DNA from: Candidatus Eiseniibacteriota bacterium
Lineage (GTDB): Bacteria; Eisenbacteria; RBG-16-71-46
Direction: 5' to 3'
DNA length: 64,000 nt
NCBI GenBank assembly: GCA_963776245.1
Contig: CAVZLN010000006.1
Location: 320,001 to 384,000, forward strand
Shown here: one piece after another, positions 32,249-43,384 of the stretch
How positions within the stretch are numbered: position 1 is the stretch's first letter
How the letters are laid out: each line of letters starts with the position of its first letter
Translations under genes and position numbers: made by a program
Notes under the pieces: generated by a model
What the model saw: only the letters and a program-made list of their open reading frames with translations
Told to the model about the DNA's origin: nothing
The model's database searches: none

Positions 32249-32968
32249 TCACTCCAGCCGCCCGAACAGGTCGACGAGCCGCAGCTTCCACACCATCCAC
32301 GCGGCCTCCCAGATGATGCGCCGGCTCATCTTGGACGATCCGGCGTGGCGATCGACGAACATGATCGGGATCTCCCGGATGCGGAAGCCGCGCTTCCAGC
32401 ACTTGAACGACATCTCGATCTGGAAGGCGTACCCGTCGGACTGCACGCGCTCGAGGCGGATCGCCTCGAGCGCGCGCCGGCGGAAACACTTGAAGCCGCC
32501 GGTGGCGTCGAACAACGGCAGGCCGGTGACGATGCGCGTGTAGAGGTTCGCGCCGTAGGACAGGAAGAGGCGATTGAGCGGCCAGTTCACCACCGTCACC
32601 TTGCCGTCCAGGTAGCGCGATCCCAGCACCACGTCGACCTCGGCGGCATGCTTGAGGAAGTCGCCGATGGCTCCGGGGTCGTGGGAGAAATCGGCGTCCA
32701 TCTCGAAGATGTACTCCGCGCCATTGCCGAGCGCGTAGCGGAACCCGTCGCGATAGGCCGACCCCAGTCCCAGCTTGCCCGGACGCTGGAGCAGGTGGAT
32801 CCGGGGCTCCCGACTCATGTACTCGGTCACCAGCCCGGCGGTTCCATCCGGGGAGTTGTCGTCCACGACCAGCACGTCGAGGCCGAACGGGAGGGCCATC
32901 AGCCGTTCGAGCAGCGGGACGATGTTCTCGCGCTCGTTGTAGGTGGGGATGATGACGAGCTTCTCCAC
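32249..32968 (-). CDS. Polyprenol-monophosphomannose synthase (Dpm1/Ppm1-like GT2)
   Basis: 'IIPTYNERENI', 'VDDNSPDGT', 'EMDADFSHDP', 'DATGGFKCFRR', 'GYAFQIE'. Confidence 0.9.
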   Translation of the reverse strand: MEKLVIIPTYNERENIVPLLERLMALPFGLDVLVVDDNSPDGTAGLVTEYMSREPRIHLLQRPGKLGLGSAYRDGFRYALGNGAEYIFEMDADFSHDPGAIGDFLKHAAEVDVVLGSRYLDGKVTVVNWPLNRLFLSYGANLYTRIVTGLPLFDATGGFKCFRRRALEAIRLERVQSDGYAFQIEMSFKCWKRGFRIREIPIMFVDRHAGSSKMSRRIIWEAAWMVWKLRLVDLFGRLE

Positions 32969-32969
32969 G

Positions 32970-35385
32970 TCAGGCCGCCTCCATCTTCGCCACGGACGCC
33001 GCGCCGCGCGGGCGCCGGAACCAGCCCGGCGGCGAGCAGGGCGAGCGACGCCAGCAGGCTGCCGAGCGTGACCATCAGCCCGGTGCGCAGGGCTCGCGAC
33101 TCGAACCGGAACACCACCGTGTGCTTCCCGGCGGGCACCGCCACCGCGCGCAGCAGGTAGTCCGCCTTGAGCACCTCCACCCGCCTGCCATCCACGGTCG
33201 CCGTCCAGTCCGGGTACCACAGGTCGGCCAGTCGCAGCAGCGCCGGCGCCCGGGGTCTCGACCGCGACCGTGACGTCGTTGAGCCGGTACGAGGTGATGG
33301 TCGGCCCGCGCGCCGGTCGCCGGCCCGAGCGTAAGCCCCGGGTCGCTTCTCGAGGAAGGTGACGGCCGCGGCGTCCGTGGTCCCGGCCTTGACCGAGTCG
33401 AGGATGGCGCGCGCCGGGGTCACCACGCGGTAGCGGTCGACCACGGTCGCGCGCGGGAGCGCGAACGGAAGCTCGTACACGCGCTGCGAGCCCGCGTACA
33501 CCTCGCGCAGCCCGGCGTCCGGGCGGGAACTCCCGGGTGGTGACGAGGTAGCGCACGCCCAGCAGCGCGCAGCCACGCCGGATCGGTCGGTCAGGTCGGC
33601 GTCGAAGAGGTCCTGGATGAGCCTCGTCTTCGCCGCGTGCGTGCCGCCGAGCGTGGCGATGCCGAAGCCGGCGTAGCGATTGCTGCGGAACTCCTCGAGC
33701 TCGAGCGGGAGCACGCGGAACGCGCCCGCCGGCCCGGCCTTCTCGAGGAACTCCACCACGTCGTCGCGCCCGGCGTCGAGACTGTGCTCGACCGCGGGAC
33801 CGATCACCGGCTCCATGACACGCCCGCTCACCGGCCACAGCTCGAAGGCGAGCAGCACGAGCGCGAGCACGCTCGCGCCCGCCGCGGGCAGCCGGCCGCG
33901 CCGCGCCAGCGCGAACAGCCCGAGCGCCGCCAGGCCGAACAGCGCGGCGCGCGCGAGATCCCCCACGAACGCGCGGTAGGCGAACGCGGCCGCGTCGGCG
34001 CCGAGATCGGGCTTCACGCCGAGCGCCAGCGCGGTGTACGCGCCCTGCCACGCGTCGCGTCCGAGCGCCGCCGCGAGCAGCACGAGCCCGAGCACCACCG
34101 CCAGCGCCCGCTCGAGCACCCCGACGCGGCGCGCCGCGGGTGTGCCGCCTTCGCGCTCGAGCGCCGCGGTCCAGCCCCAGGCCATCCCGAGGGCGGTGGC
34201 GAGCTGGAACAGCACCACGATCATCACCGGGATGCGGAACTTGTTGAACAGCGGCAGGTGGTCGTAGAGCAGCCCGTAGAGGGGAAAATGATTCCCGAAC
34301 GAGACGAACAGCGACACCGCCGCGAGCGCCAGCGCGAACGCCCGCGCCGCGCCGCCGCGCGTGAACGCGAACAGCGCCAGCACCAGGGTCATCATGCCGA
34401 CGTAGGCGTTGGGGTAGTCGGTGAACGGCATCCCGCCCCAGTACGTCGCGCCGCCGAAGCCGGTCCAGCCCGGCACCACGATCGAGGGCAGCTCGTAGGG
34501 CGCGAGCGACCACTGGGTCGCGTACGCCATCCCGGCGCCGCCGCCCGCGTCGGTGCCGCCGCGGATCGACCAGCGGGCGTAGTCGCGCAAGGGCAGGTTG
34601 TAGACGCCCGCGACGCCGAACGCGAGCGCGGCGGTCGCGCCGAGCGCGACCAGCCGCCCGCTGAGGCGCGGCAGATCGGCCGGGCGCCGCAGCGCCGCGA
34701 GCCACGCGACCGCGCCGTAGAGCGCCACCGCGATCCAGGTGTAGAAGCAGATCTGCACGTGACCGCGCAGGAACTGGAAGCCGCCGGCGATGCCGAGCCA
34801 GCCGAGGTGATGGAGCCCCCCGCGCTTCATCCAGCGCGCGGCGAGCCACACCATCAGCGGCAGGTAGGCCGAGTCCACCAGCTGGCTGCCGTGCCCGTGC
34901 GAGCCCACCGCCACCAGATTGGGCGCGAACACGAACGCCGCGGCGCCGAGCAGCGCGCCCTCGGGGCGCGCCCCCAGTTCGCGGGCGAGCAGGAAGGTGA
35001 ACAGGCCGCCCAGCACGTAGTAGAGGAGCATCCAGGTCATGTCCGGCAGCGGCACCACCCGGGCGAGCAGCGCGAGCGGCCAGTCGGGCGGGTAGATCAG
35101 CGGGTTGTACGCGCCGCTGCCGAACGAGGGCATGCCGAGGAACACGAACGGGTTCCAGAGCGGGTAGACGTGCTCCTGCCACAGCATGTGCTCGCCCATC
35201 CGCACGAAGCCCGCGGGCGCGACGGTGTCGGGCGAGACGAAGGTCTTGCCGCCCAGCACCAGCTGGTGGAAGAACACCACCACCAGCAGCGCCAGCACCA
35301 GCGCGGCCCAGCCGGTCGTGAGCGTGAATCCCGGCGCGGCCGGGGCGCGGCGCGGCGCGGGCCTGGAGGTCTTCTTCTCGGACAT
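32970..35385 (-). CDS. YfhO-family GT-C membrane protein; frameshifts in the C-terminal part
   Basis: 'PLWNPFVFLGMP', 'GHVQICFY', 'LPLFNKFRIP', 'ALPRA', 'WYPDWTATVDG', 'AVAVPAGKHTVVFRF'; 3' end approximate. Confidence 0.85.
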
Positions 35386-35416
35386 GGCGCTCCGGTGGGC
35401 TCGGGGTCGGACGGAC

Positions 35417-36544
35417 TCAGGAGGCCGCGCCGAGGCGCGACTCGATGCTCTCGACCATACGGGATGCCAGCGCGCCCCAGTCGTGCGGTCGCGCGAGCGC
35501 GCGGCACGCGCCCCGATCGGCCGGCCCGTCGAGGGCGCGCGCCACGGCGCCGGCCATCGCGTCGGGCGTGGCGGCGAAACCGAGGTGCGGCGGCTGCTCC
35601 GCGAGGTCGAGCAGCGGTGTGGTGACCACCGGCACGCCCGCGGCCAGGTACTGGTAGACCTTGTTCGGATTGATCCCCTGCACGAACGGATCGGCGGCGC
35701 GGAACGGGATCAGACCGACATCGAGGCCCTGCATGTAGGCGGGCACCTCGGCGTAGGGCTTCGGACCCAGCACGGCCACCCCCTCGCGCGCGGCGAGCGC
35801 GCGGACGCGCTCGTCGGTGGCGGGCGAGCCCGGACCGACCAGGACCAGCGTGCCGCCGCGGCGCGCGCGGCGGATCGCCTCGAGGGCGTCGAAGTCGAGG
35901 AAGTGCGACAGCAGGCCGACGTACCCGATGCGCGGGGACGGCAGGGCCGCCAGATCCGCGGGCAGCGGCCGGTCCGTCTCGAAATGCGCGGCCTCGACGC
36001 CGTTGCCGAGCAGGGTCAACGGCTTCGAGGTCTCGCCCCCGAGGCGGCGACGGTAGTACTCCGAGACGACGAACAAGGCATCCACCTGGTCGAGCGTGCG
36101 CCGCCAGTACCCGCGGGCCCATGCGGGCACCCCGGCGAACTGAAAGGGATCATCGTTGAAGTCGTAGAATACCATTCTCTTCCGCAGCCGCGACAGGGCG
36201 CCGGGGGCGTAGATGTTGGACACCATCACCACCGGGTCGGGACGCACCCCCAGCCGCGCCAGCTGGCGCGCCAGCCAGGTCTCGGCCACGCCCTCGATCA
36301 CCATGCGGGCGGGCGCCAGCGCGGCCGCGCGGTTGTAGAGCGCGCGGGTGGTGCCGGGCTTGAGGAAGGGCACGCTGAAGTAGGTGACGTTGCCCTCCCG
36401 CCGCGGCGTCCACGGATCGTCCGCCCCCGCCGCCGGAGGTTGCGCGAAGAACACGCGCCAGCGGTCCGGGAAGCGCGACAGCAGGAACTGCTTGCGCGTG
36501 CGGAAGTAGCCCCAGCGCACCTCGGACAGGACGACGAGGTCCAT
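35417..36544 (-). CDS. GT-B glycosyltransferase (TuaH-like GT4)
   Basis: 'YDFNDD', 'GNGVEAAHF', 'DVGLIPF', 'NPNKVYQYLAAGVPVV'. Confidence 0.85.
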   Translation of the reverse strand: MDLVVLSEVRWGYFRTRKQFLLSRFPDRWRVFFAQPPAAGADDPWTPRREGNVTYFSVPFLKPGTTRALYNRAAALAPARMVIEGVAETWLARQLARLGVRPDPVVMVSNIYAPGALSRLRKRMVFYDFNDDPFQFAGVPAWARGYWRRTLDQVDALFVVSEYYRRRLGGETSKPLTLLGNGVEAAHFETDRPLPADLAALPSPRIGYVGLLSHFLDFDALEAIRRARRGGTLVLVGPGSPATDERVRALAAREGVAVLGPKPYAEVPAYMQGLDVGLIPFRAADPFVQGINPNKVYQYLAAGVPVVTTPLLDLAEQPPHLGFAATPDAMAGAVARALDGPADRGACRALARPHDWGALASRMVESIESRLGAAS

Positions 36545-36553
36545 GCGCCGGCG

Positions 36554-38538
36554 CTACGCGCCGCCCCCGGTCACGCGCGGATCGGTCGCGAGGTAGTGCC
36601 GGGCCCACGATTCGAGCGCGAGCCACCGCCACACCTGGAGCCCGATGGCGCGGCGTCCACCGAGGAAGTCCTCGAGCCCGGCGCGCACCGCGGCGGGATC
36701 GAGCCAGCGATCGAGCGGCGTGCCGCGCGTCAGCCGCCGCCGCGCCTCGTCGCCGTGCCGGGTGCGCAGCCACAGGTCGGCCGGGGTCTCGAACCCCATC
36801 TTGTCACGGCGCGCGAGCACGCTCGCGGGCACGCGGTCGGCGAGCGCGCGGCGCAGGATGGCCTTGGTGGTCGTGCCGTCGAGGCGCTGGTCGTCGGGCA
36901 GGGCGAACGCGAACTCCACCAGCCGGTAGTCGAGGAACGGCAGCCGCGTCTCGACCGAGAACGCCATGCTGTTGCGGTCCTCGTAGCGCAGCAGCGAGGG
37001 CAGCAGCCGCTGGAGCGTATCGAACGCGAGCTGGCGCGACAGGCCGCTGCCGAACCCGCGCGGCGGCAGCGGCGGATGGGACGCGAGCGCCCGCAGCCCG
37101 GGCGCCAGCACGCGGTCCTTGCCCTGCCCGAAGCGGCGGCGCAGCGGCGCGAACAATCGCCCCGGCAGCCACGGCTCGAGGGTGAGCGCGATCGTGGTGA
37201 CGCGCACCGAGCCGCCCGGCCACGTCGCCGAACCCGCGCGCGAAGCCCGCGACGTCGCCGCGCGCGAGACGGTCGCGCAGCGCGATCGGCAGGTAGCGGA
37301 AGTAGCCGGCCAGCGTCTCGTCGCCGCCCTGGCCGTCGAGCAGCACCTTGAGCCCCGCCCGGTGCGCGAGCTCCATCACCTTCCACTGCGAGTACAGCCC
37401 CGAGCCCGCGGTGGGCTCGTCCTGCTGGTAGGCGAGCCGGTCGAACACGCTCCAGAAGTCGGCGCCGTCCGGCACCACGAGGTGCGGACGTGCCCCGCTC
37501 GCCGCCACCGCGGCGTCGATGTGCGGGCGCTCGTCGAAGCCGGGCACGTCGTAGGCGCACGAGAACGTGTGCTGCTCGCCCGCTCCGAGCCGCGCCATGG
37601 TGGTGACCACCGCGCTCGAGTCGAGGCCGCCCGACAGGCACGAGCCCACCGGCACGTCGGCGCGCAGCCGCAGCCGCACCGCGTCGGTGAACAGCTCGGC
37701 GAACTCGCCGGTCCACGCCGCGGGGCCGCCGGGCGCGCGGCGCGCGGGATCGAGCCCCCACCAGCGGCGGATCTCGAGCCCGTTCTCGCCGACGCTCAGC
37801 CAGTGCGCGGCGGGCAGCTGCATCAGCCCGTCGAAGAACGTGGTGTCACGGTGGTCCACCCAGTCGAGCGCCAGCAGGTCGCGCACCGCTTCGTCGCGCC
37901 CCGCGATGGGGCGCGGCTGGGTGAGCACCAGCGCCTTGGGCTCGGACGCGAACGCGAACCGGCCGTCCTCGTGCTGGTAGTAGAACGGCTTCACGCCGAA
38001 GCGGTCGCGGGCGCAGAACAGCCGGCGCTCGCGCGTGTCCCACAGCGCCAGCGCGAACATGCCGTTGAAGCGCGAGAGGCACTCCGGGCCCCAGCGGTGG
38101 TAGGCGGCGAGGATGACCTCGGTGTCGCTCGCGCTCACGAACGTGTCGCCGAGCGATTCGAGCTCGCGACGCAGCTCGACCCAGTTGTAGACCTCGCCGT
38201 TGAACACCAGCCACGAGCGCCGGTCGCGGTCGCACATCGGCTGGTGGCCGGCCGGGCTCAGGTCCACGATCGAGAGCCGGCGGTGGAGCAGGCCGACCGC
38301 GTAGCGCGCATCGGTCCGGTCGCCCGTCCTCCGCCCGGGGGCGTAGGGCAGGCCGCTCGCGTACACGTCGTCCGGCGTGTCCGGCCCGCCGAGCACCAGC
38401 GCGCCGCCGTCGCTCACGTCGAGCAGCACCACGCCCTCGTCATCGGGACCGCGGTGGCGCATCAGACGCGACATCGCGTGCAGGCGGCCGAGGTCGGCGC
38501 GGCCGCTCCCGCTCGTACACTCCCGCGATCCCGCACAT
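36554..38538 (-). CDS. asnB: Asparagine synthase-like glutamine amidotransferase (glycan amidation type); frameshifted
   Basis: 'MCGIAG', 'HRGPDD', 'HRRLSIVDLS', 'FNGEVYN', 'LSGGLDSS', 'DGQGGDE', 'EDRNSMAFSVETRLPFLD'. Confidence 0.92.
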
Positions 38539-38567
38539 GGGCCCCTGGTCCCTCCCGCGCCGCGGCC

Positions 38568-40013
38568 TCAGGCCGCCGGCGCCCCCGCGCGTGCGCCACC
38601 CAGCGTGCCGCGCTCCTTGCGCAGCACCAGCCAGCCCGCCGCGACTCCCCACGCCAGCGCGGCGGCGAGCTTGATCGCCGCGCCGCCGGGGGTGGCCGGC
38701 GCCAGTGCCTGCAGCGCCCACGCCAGCCCGAGGGCGGTGCTGAACAGCAACGCCAGGCGCCCCGCGCGGTACGGCAGGGGGTGGACGCGCTGGGCGATGA
38801 CGAAGGTCAGCGCCGCGGCCACGACATAGCCCGCGAGCGTGCCCACCGCGGCCCCCGGCGCGCCGAAGCGCGGTGTGAGCGTCGCCTGCCCTGCCGCCGC
38901 CGCCAGCGCGCCGCCGATCGCGGCGAGGCTGAGCAGCGGCGTGCGCAGCGCCAGCCCGATGCCGACCGACGCGACAGTGTAGGCACCCAGCGCGACCGCG
39001 GCAAAGGTGAGCGGCACGATGGGCGCCGCCGCCGGAGCGTATCCCCCCGGCACCACCACGCGCAGGATCTCGGGAGCGAACGCCGAGGCCAGCAGCGCCA
39101 TGAGCGACGCCCCGGCGACATAGCCGTCGAACACGAACGCGAACAGCCGCGGAGCGCCGGGCTCGCGGGCGCGCGCGAAGGCGAACGGCCCGTAGGCGAG
39201 CTGGACCGCGGCGACGCTCATCCCCATCACGGCGTAGAACTTCATCGCCACCGCGTACACCGCGACCTCGTCGAGGGTGCGGGTGTGCTGGAGCCAGTAG
39301 CGGTCGAGGCTGCCGATCCATCCGAACGCGAACGCGCTCGGGACCAGCGGCGCGCCGTAGGCGAGCATCTTCCGCAGCACGTCGAACCGCAGCCCGCCCC
39401 CCAGATTGTGGCGGCACAGCACCAGGCCGAGCGCGGCGCAGGCCGCATCGGCCGCGAGCTTGCCGTAGAGCACGCCGACCACGCCCACCTTCGCCACCGC
39501 CACCCACCACACCGCGAGGCCGGCCGCGAGCACGGTCTGCAGCAGGTTCAGCGCGACGTACTTCCACGGCTGGAAGGTGACCCGGAGCACCTCGTTCGAC
39601 CACATCGTGAGCAGCGTGAACGGCAGCGTCCACGCCGCGACCAGCAGGTACTTGCGGTAGACCTCGCCGCCGAGCAGGTGCCCGGCGAGCGGGGTCGCGG
39701 CGAGCGTCACCCCGAGCGCGGCGAGCGTGCCGATCGCGAGTCGGAAGGCGAACGAGGTGGACGCCATGCGCACCCGCGCCGCGCGGTCGGGCTCGGCGTA
39801 GAAATGGCGCGCCAGCGCGCCGTCCATGCCGAACACCAGCACCAGCACCGCGGTCTGCGAGTACGCCAGCAGCAGGTCGCTGATGCCGTACGCGCCGGGC
39901 GAGAGCACGCGCGTGAGGATGGGCACCAGCGCCAGTTGCGCCGCGCGCCCGAGCGCCTGGCCGAGCCCGTAGACCACCGACTCCGACATCAGCTTCTTGA
40001 GCGCCTCACGCAT
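38568..40013 (-). CDS. Wzx-type oligosaccharide flippase
   Basis: 'SVVYGLG', 'LVPILTRVLSPGAYG', 'LAYGAPLVP', 'SLDRY', about 12-14 TM helices. Confidence 0.87.
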   Translation of the reverse strand: MREALKKLMSESVVYGLGQALGRAAQLALVPILTRVLSPGAYGISDLLLAYSQTAVLVLVFGMDGALARHFYAEPDRAARVRMASTSFAFRLAIGTLAALGVTLAATPLAGHLLGGEVYRKYLLVAAWTLPFTLLTMWSNEVLRVTFQPWKYVALNLLQTVLAAGLAVWWVAVAKVGVVGVLYGKLAADAACAALGLVLCRHNLGGGLRFDVLRKMLAYGAPLVPSAFAFGWIGSLDRYWLQHTRTLDEVAVYAVAMKFYAVMGMSVAAVQLAYGPFAFARAREPGAPRLFAFVFDGYVAGASLMALLASAFAPEILRVVVPGGYAPAAAPIVPLTFAAVALGAYTVASVGIGLALRTPLLSLAAIGGALAAAAGQATLTPRFGAPGAAVGTLAGYVVAAALTFVIAQRVHPLPYRAGRLALLFSTALGLAWALQALAPATPGGAAIKLAAALAWGVAAGWLVLRKERGTLGGARAGAPAA

Positions 40014-40037
40014 CGGCGCTCCGCGCGCGCGCCGCGC

Positions 40038-40904
40038 TCACCGCGGCCGCCCGAACGGGTTGGGCCGGCCGCACCACGGGCAGGTCCAGCGCGTCGGCCA
40101 CGGACGCGGCGGCTCGACGATGCAGTGCTCGCCGCACTCGCGGCACACGTGGGTGACGCGGCGCGGCCCCGGCAGGCCGGCGCTCGCGGCGCGCGCGCCG
40201 GGCGCCCCGCCCGCCCGTCCGGTCTTCACGAACGTGAGCACGAAGTTCGCGTCCCGCGCCAGATCGAGCCCGAACCAGCGGTGGAGCTTCGCCAGCTTCC
40301 AGGTGAACAGCCCCTGCAGCGGCTTGGTGCGCGGGTCGTTCATCCACGAGAAGCCGGCCGGCACGAAGGCGTGCGCGGTGAGCTGGAAGCCGCGCCGTCG
40401 AACGCCTCGAGCAGCGATGGGAGATCGAAGCGCTGCTGGTGCTCGATGCGCTTGCCGAACTTCATCAGCGCGTACTTGGCGAAGTAGCCGGCGAAGCGGT
40501 AGAGCCGGTCGTCGAACGCCGCCGCGCGCGGCACCGCCAGGTAGAGCGTGCCCCCCGGCTTCGTCACGCGCGCCAGCGCGTCGCAGCAGGCCTCGAGCGC
40601 GGTGACGTGCTCGAGCACGTAGTGGCAGACGGTGAGGTCGAACAGCCCGTCGCGCAGCGGCAACCGCGCGAGGTCGGCGGTGAGCACGCGCACGCGTTCC
40701 GAACGCGGCGGCGGCCCGGGCGGGAACTTGATGTCGAAGCCGGTGATCTCGAGGTCGGGTCGCTCGCCGTACGGCCACGAGCCCGGCCCGCATCCCGCGT
40801 CGAGCACGCGCGCGCCCGGCGGCTGCGCCGCGATGACCTCGCGCAGGAACACCGGCGGCTCGCCGGGCGCGCGCTCGGGCTTGCGGGCGACGCGCCACGC
40901 TCAC
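40038..40904 (-). CDS. Class I SAM methyltransferase with C-terminal zinc ribbon; frameshifted
   Basis: 'RVLDAGCGPG', 'FDLTVCHYVLEHV', 'KPGG'; tail 'CRECGEH...WTCPWCG'. Confidence 0.78.
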   Translation of the reverse strand: MSVARRPQARARARRAAGVPARGHRGAAAGRARARRGMRAGLVAVRRATRPRDHRLRHQVPARAAAAFGTRARAHRRPRAVAAARRAVRPHRLPLRARARHRARGLLRRAGARDEAGGHALPGGAARGGVRRPALPLRRLLRQVRADEVRQAHRAPAALRSPIAARGVRRRGFQLTAHAFVPAGFSWMNDPRTKPLQGLFTWKLAKLHRWFGLDLARDANFVLTFVKTGRAGGAPGARAASAGLPGPRRVTHVCRECGEHCIVEPPRPWPTRWTCPWCGRPNPFGRPR

Positions 40905-41813
40905 GGCCTCACCTCCGCCGCGCTGCGGCCCGTCAGCGCGTCCAGCAGCGCGCGCGGCACCGCCGCGCGCCGCGGCGCCGCCTGCCCGCGCGCCAGCAGC
41001 CACGCCGCCAGCGCCGCCTGCTGCGCGAGGAACGCCGGCAGCCAGGTGATCCGCGCGAGCCGCGCGCGTGGGTGGCGAACAGCGTGAGGTTGGCGCGCAG
41101 GCGCTGGTAGATCTTCCACGGGCTCTGCGCGCCGCTCGACGCGCTCACCTTGTGCCACAGCCGCGCGGTCGGCACGAACAGCAGCCTGTAGCCCGCGGCC
41201 CGCGCGCGCAGCGACCAGTCGGCGTCCTCGGCGTAGATGAAGTAGCGCTCGTCGAGCGGGCCGACCCTGCGCCCAGCACTCGCGCCGCGCCAGCAGGCAG
41301 CAGCCGGTCAGGTAGCCGGTCTCCTCCACCGCGCGGTACCTGCCGGTGTCGCGCGCGCGCAGGCCGCGGTGCGCGGCCAGCCCGAGCGCGGGCCGGCAGC
41401 TCGCCCCGGCGTACCAGATCACCCGGCTCGGCGGACCGAAGTAGATCAGCGGCGCGGCCGCGCCCGCCTTCGGGATCCTGCTCGAGCGCGAGCAGCAGCT
41501 GCTCGATCAGCCCGGGGTCGCACACGGTGTCGTTGTTGAGCAGCATCACGGCGTCGGCGCCCCCGGCGAGGGCCCGCTCGAGCCCGGCGTTGTTGCCGCC
41601 GGCAAAACGTCGGTTCTCGGCCAGCGCCACCAGCTCGACCTGCGGGAACTCGCGCGCGATCGCGGCCGCCGAGCCGTCGGTGGAGCCGTTGTCCACCACC
41701 ATGACGTGGAGCGCCCAGCCCGCGGGCATGCGGCAGCGCTCGAGCGTGGGCAGCAGCACGCGCGTGTCCGCGAGGCCGTTCCAGTTGAGCACCACCACGG
41801 TCACCCGCTTCAC
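40901..41813 (-). CDS. GT2 glycosyltransferase (WbbL/rhamnosyltransferase-like); frameshifted
   Basis: 'VVVLNWNG', 'VDNGSTDGS', 'FAGGNN', 'LLNNDT', 'LTGCCLL', 'YFIYAEDADWSLR'. Confidence 0.85.
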
Positions 41814-43384
41814 GGCGCCCCGCGCTCGGCGCGCACCGCGCCGAGGACCCGCGTCCAGCCCCACGCCGCGGCCAGCAGCAGCGCGAGCGCCAGCCCGAGC
41901 ACCGGCACCGCCGGCAGGCCGGCGTAGAGCGCGTACGTCCACCAGAAGTCGAGGCCGTGGAGCAGCCGCGCCTGGTCGTCCGCGCCGATGCCGAGTCGCG
42001 TGCCGGGCCGCCGGCCCCGGTGCGGCGAGAGCCGCGGCCACTCGCCGCGCAGGTGCTCGGACAGGTTGCGTCCGAGCATCGCCCAGTGGCCGGCGATGGG
42101 CGTGTGATGCGGATCGAAGTGGCTCGCCGACATGAAGCGCGGGTCGTCGAGCGCCAGCGTGTACGGGTAGTCGCCGGCCTCGCGCATCTGGGCGCCGAAG
42201 TAGATCGCCACGCCGCCGATCTGCACCAGCGCGCCCACGATCGCGAGCGCCCACGCCACGCGCCGGCGCGCGCGCGCCGCGCCCTCGAGCGCGAACGCGA
42301 CCGCGAGGAACGCGAGCGGCAGCAGCGGCACCAGGTAGCGCGGGCCGAACGAGCCGTCGCCGGCCCAGTGCTGGAAGCGCGCGTAGAGGAGCAGCGCGCC
42401 CGCCCACGCCAGCCCCGCGCCCAGCAACGTCGCGCGCTGCGCCGCGCCGCGCTCGCGCCCGCGCGCCAGCGCGCGTCGCACCCCGTGCGGCACCAGCCAC
42501 AGCGCCGGCGCGAACCACAGCACGCCCTTGCCCGACGACACCAGCAGGCCGTAGAGGCCGACCCGCAGCGGCGTGGTGTAGGCGGCGGCCGTGGCCTGCG
42601 CGCCGTAGCCGGTCTCGAACGGCGTGCCGAAGCGCGCGAGGTTGTAGAGCGCGTGGCCCGCGAGCGCCGCCGCGACGCCGGCGAGGCCCACGGCCGCCGC
42701 GCGCGGCGAGCCGCGCCGCGCCACGGCGCCAGCGGCACCAGGCACGCGAGCGCCAGCGGCAGCATGCTGAGCTTGGCCGAGACCGCGAGGAACGCGCCGA
42801 GCGCGGCGAGCCGCTCCGCGCGCGGCGCGCCGCGCGCGGGCGCGCGCGGCCGCGGTGAGCGCCAGCAGCAGACCGAGGGCCTGGAGCGGCTCGGCCATGA
42901 AGGACTTGGCGTACGGCCACACCGGCGTGGTGAAGCCGAGCATCGCGGTGGCCGCGAGCGCGGCGCGGGCGCCCACGTCGAGCCCGCGCGCGGCGAGGTA
43001 GAACAGCGCCAGCAGCGCGGCGGTGACGAGCGCGTTGAAGAACGACGCGACCGCGCGCGCCGCGAGCGGCCGCCGGGCGGGGGACAGCGGCGCCGCGGCC
43101 GCCAGCGCCTCGCCGGCCGCCACCAGCGGCAGCGCGAGCACCGCCTGCCCGGCGGCGTTCTTCGAGTAGAAGCGCCCGTCCGCGCCCTGCAGCGTCGCGC
43201 CCTCGGGCACCGCGACGGTGCCGCGCAGCAGCGAACGGGCGACCTCGAACATGGTGACCTCGTCGCTGCCGACGATGCGCCCGCCCCCGCTGACCGCGAA
43301 CGTGAGCAGCGCCGCGAGCGCGATCGACCACGCGGTGCGGTGCCGCGCGCGGCGTTCGGCGACGCGCCGGTCGGGGGCGCTCAT
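41810..43384 (-). CDS. Polytopic GT-C-type membrane glycosyltransferase-like protein; compensating frameshifts
   Basis: Acidic motif 'GSDEVTMF' after TM1, 'YAKSFMAEP', 'YNLARFGTPFETGY', 'WAGDGSFGPRYLVP'. Confidence 0.7.
   Translation of the reverse strand: MSAPDRRVAERRARHRTAWSIALAALLTFAVSGGGRIVGSDEVTMFEVARSLLRGTVAVPEGATLQGADGRFYSKNAAGQAVLALPLVAAGEALAAAAPLSPARRPLAARAVASFFNALVTAALLALFYLAARGLDVGARAALAATAMLGFTTPVWPYAKSFMAEPLQALGLLLALTAAARARARRAARGAARRARRVPRGLGQAQHAAAGARVPGAAGAVARRGSPRAAAVGLAGVAAALAGHALYNLARFGTPFETGYGAQATAAAYTTPLRVGLYGLLVSSGKGVLWFAPALWLVPHGVRRALARGRERGAAQRATLLGAGLAWAGALLLYARFQHWAGDGSFGPRYLVPLLPLAFLAVAFALEGAARARRRVAWALAIVGALVQIGGVAIYFGAQMREAGDYPYTLALDDPRFMSASHFDPHHTPIAGHWAMLGRNLSEHLRGEWPRLSPHRGRRPGTRLGIGADDQARLLHGLDFWWTYALYAGLPAVPVLGLALALLLAAAWGWTRVLGAVRAERGAP

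Noticed and set aside
37119..40487. Long plus-strand ORFs antisense to the operons
   Set aside because: They are shadow frames of GC-biased minus-strand genes, with no recognisable motifs.
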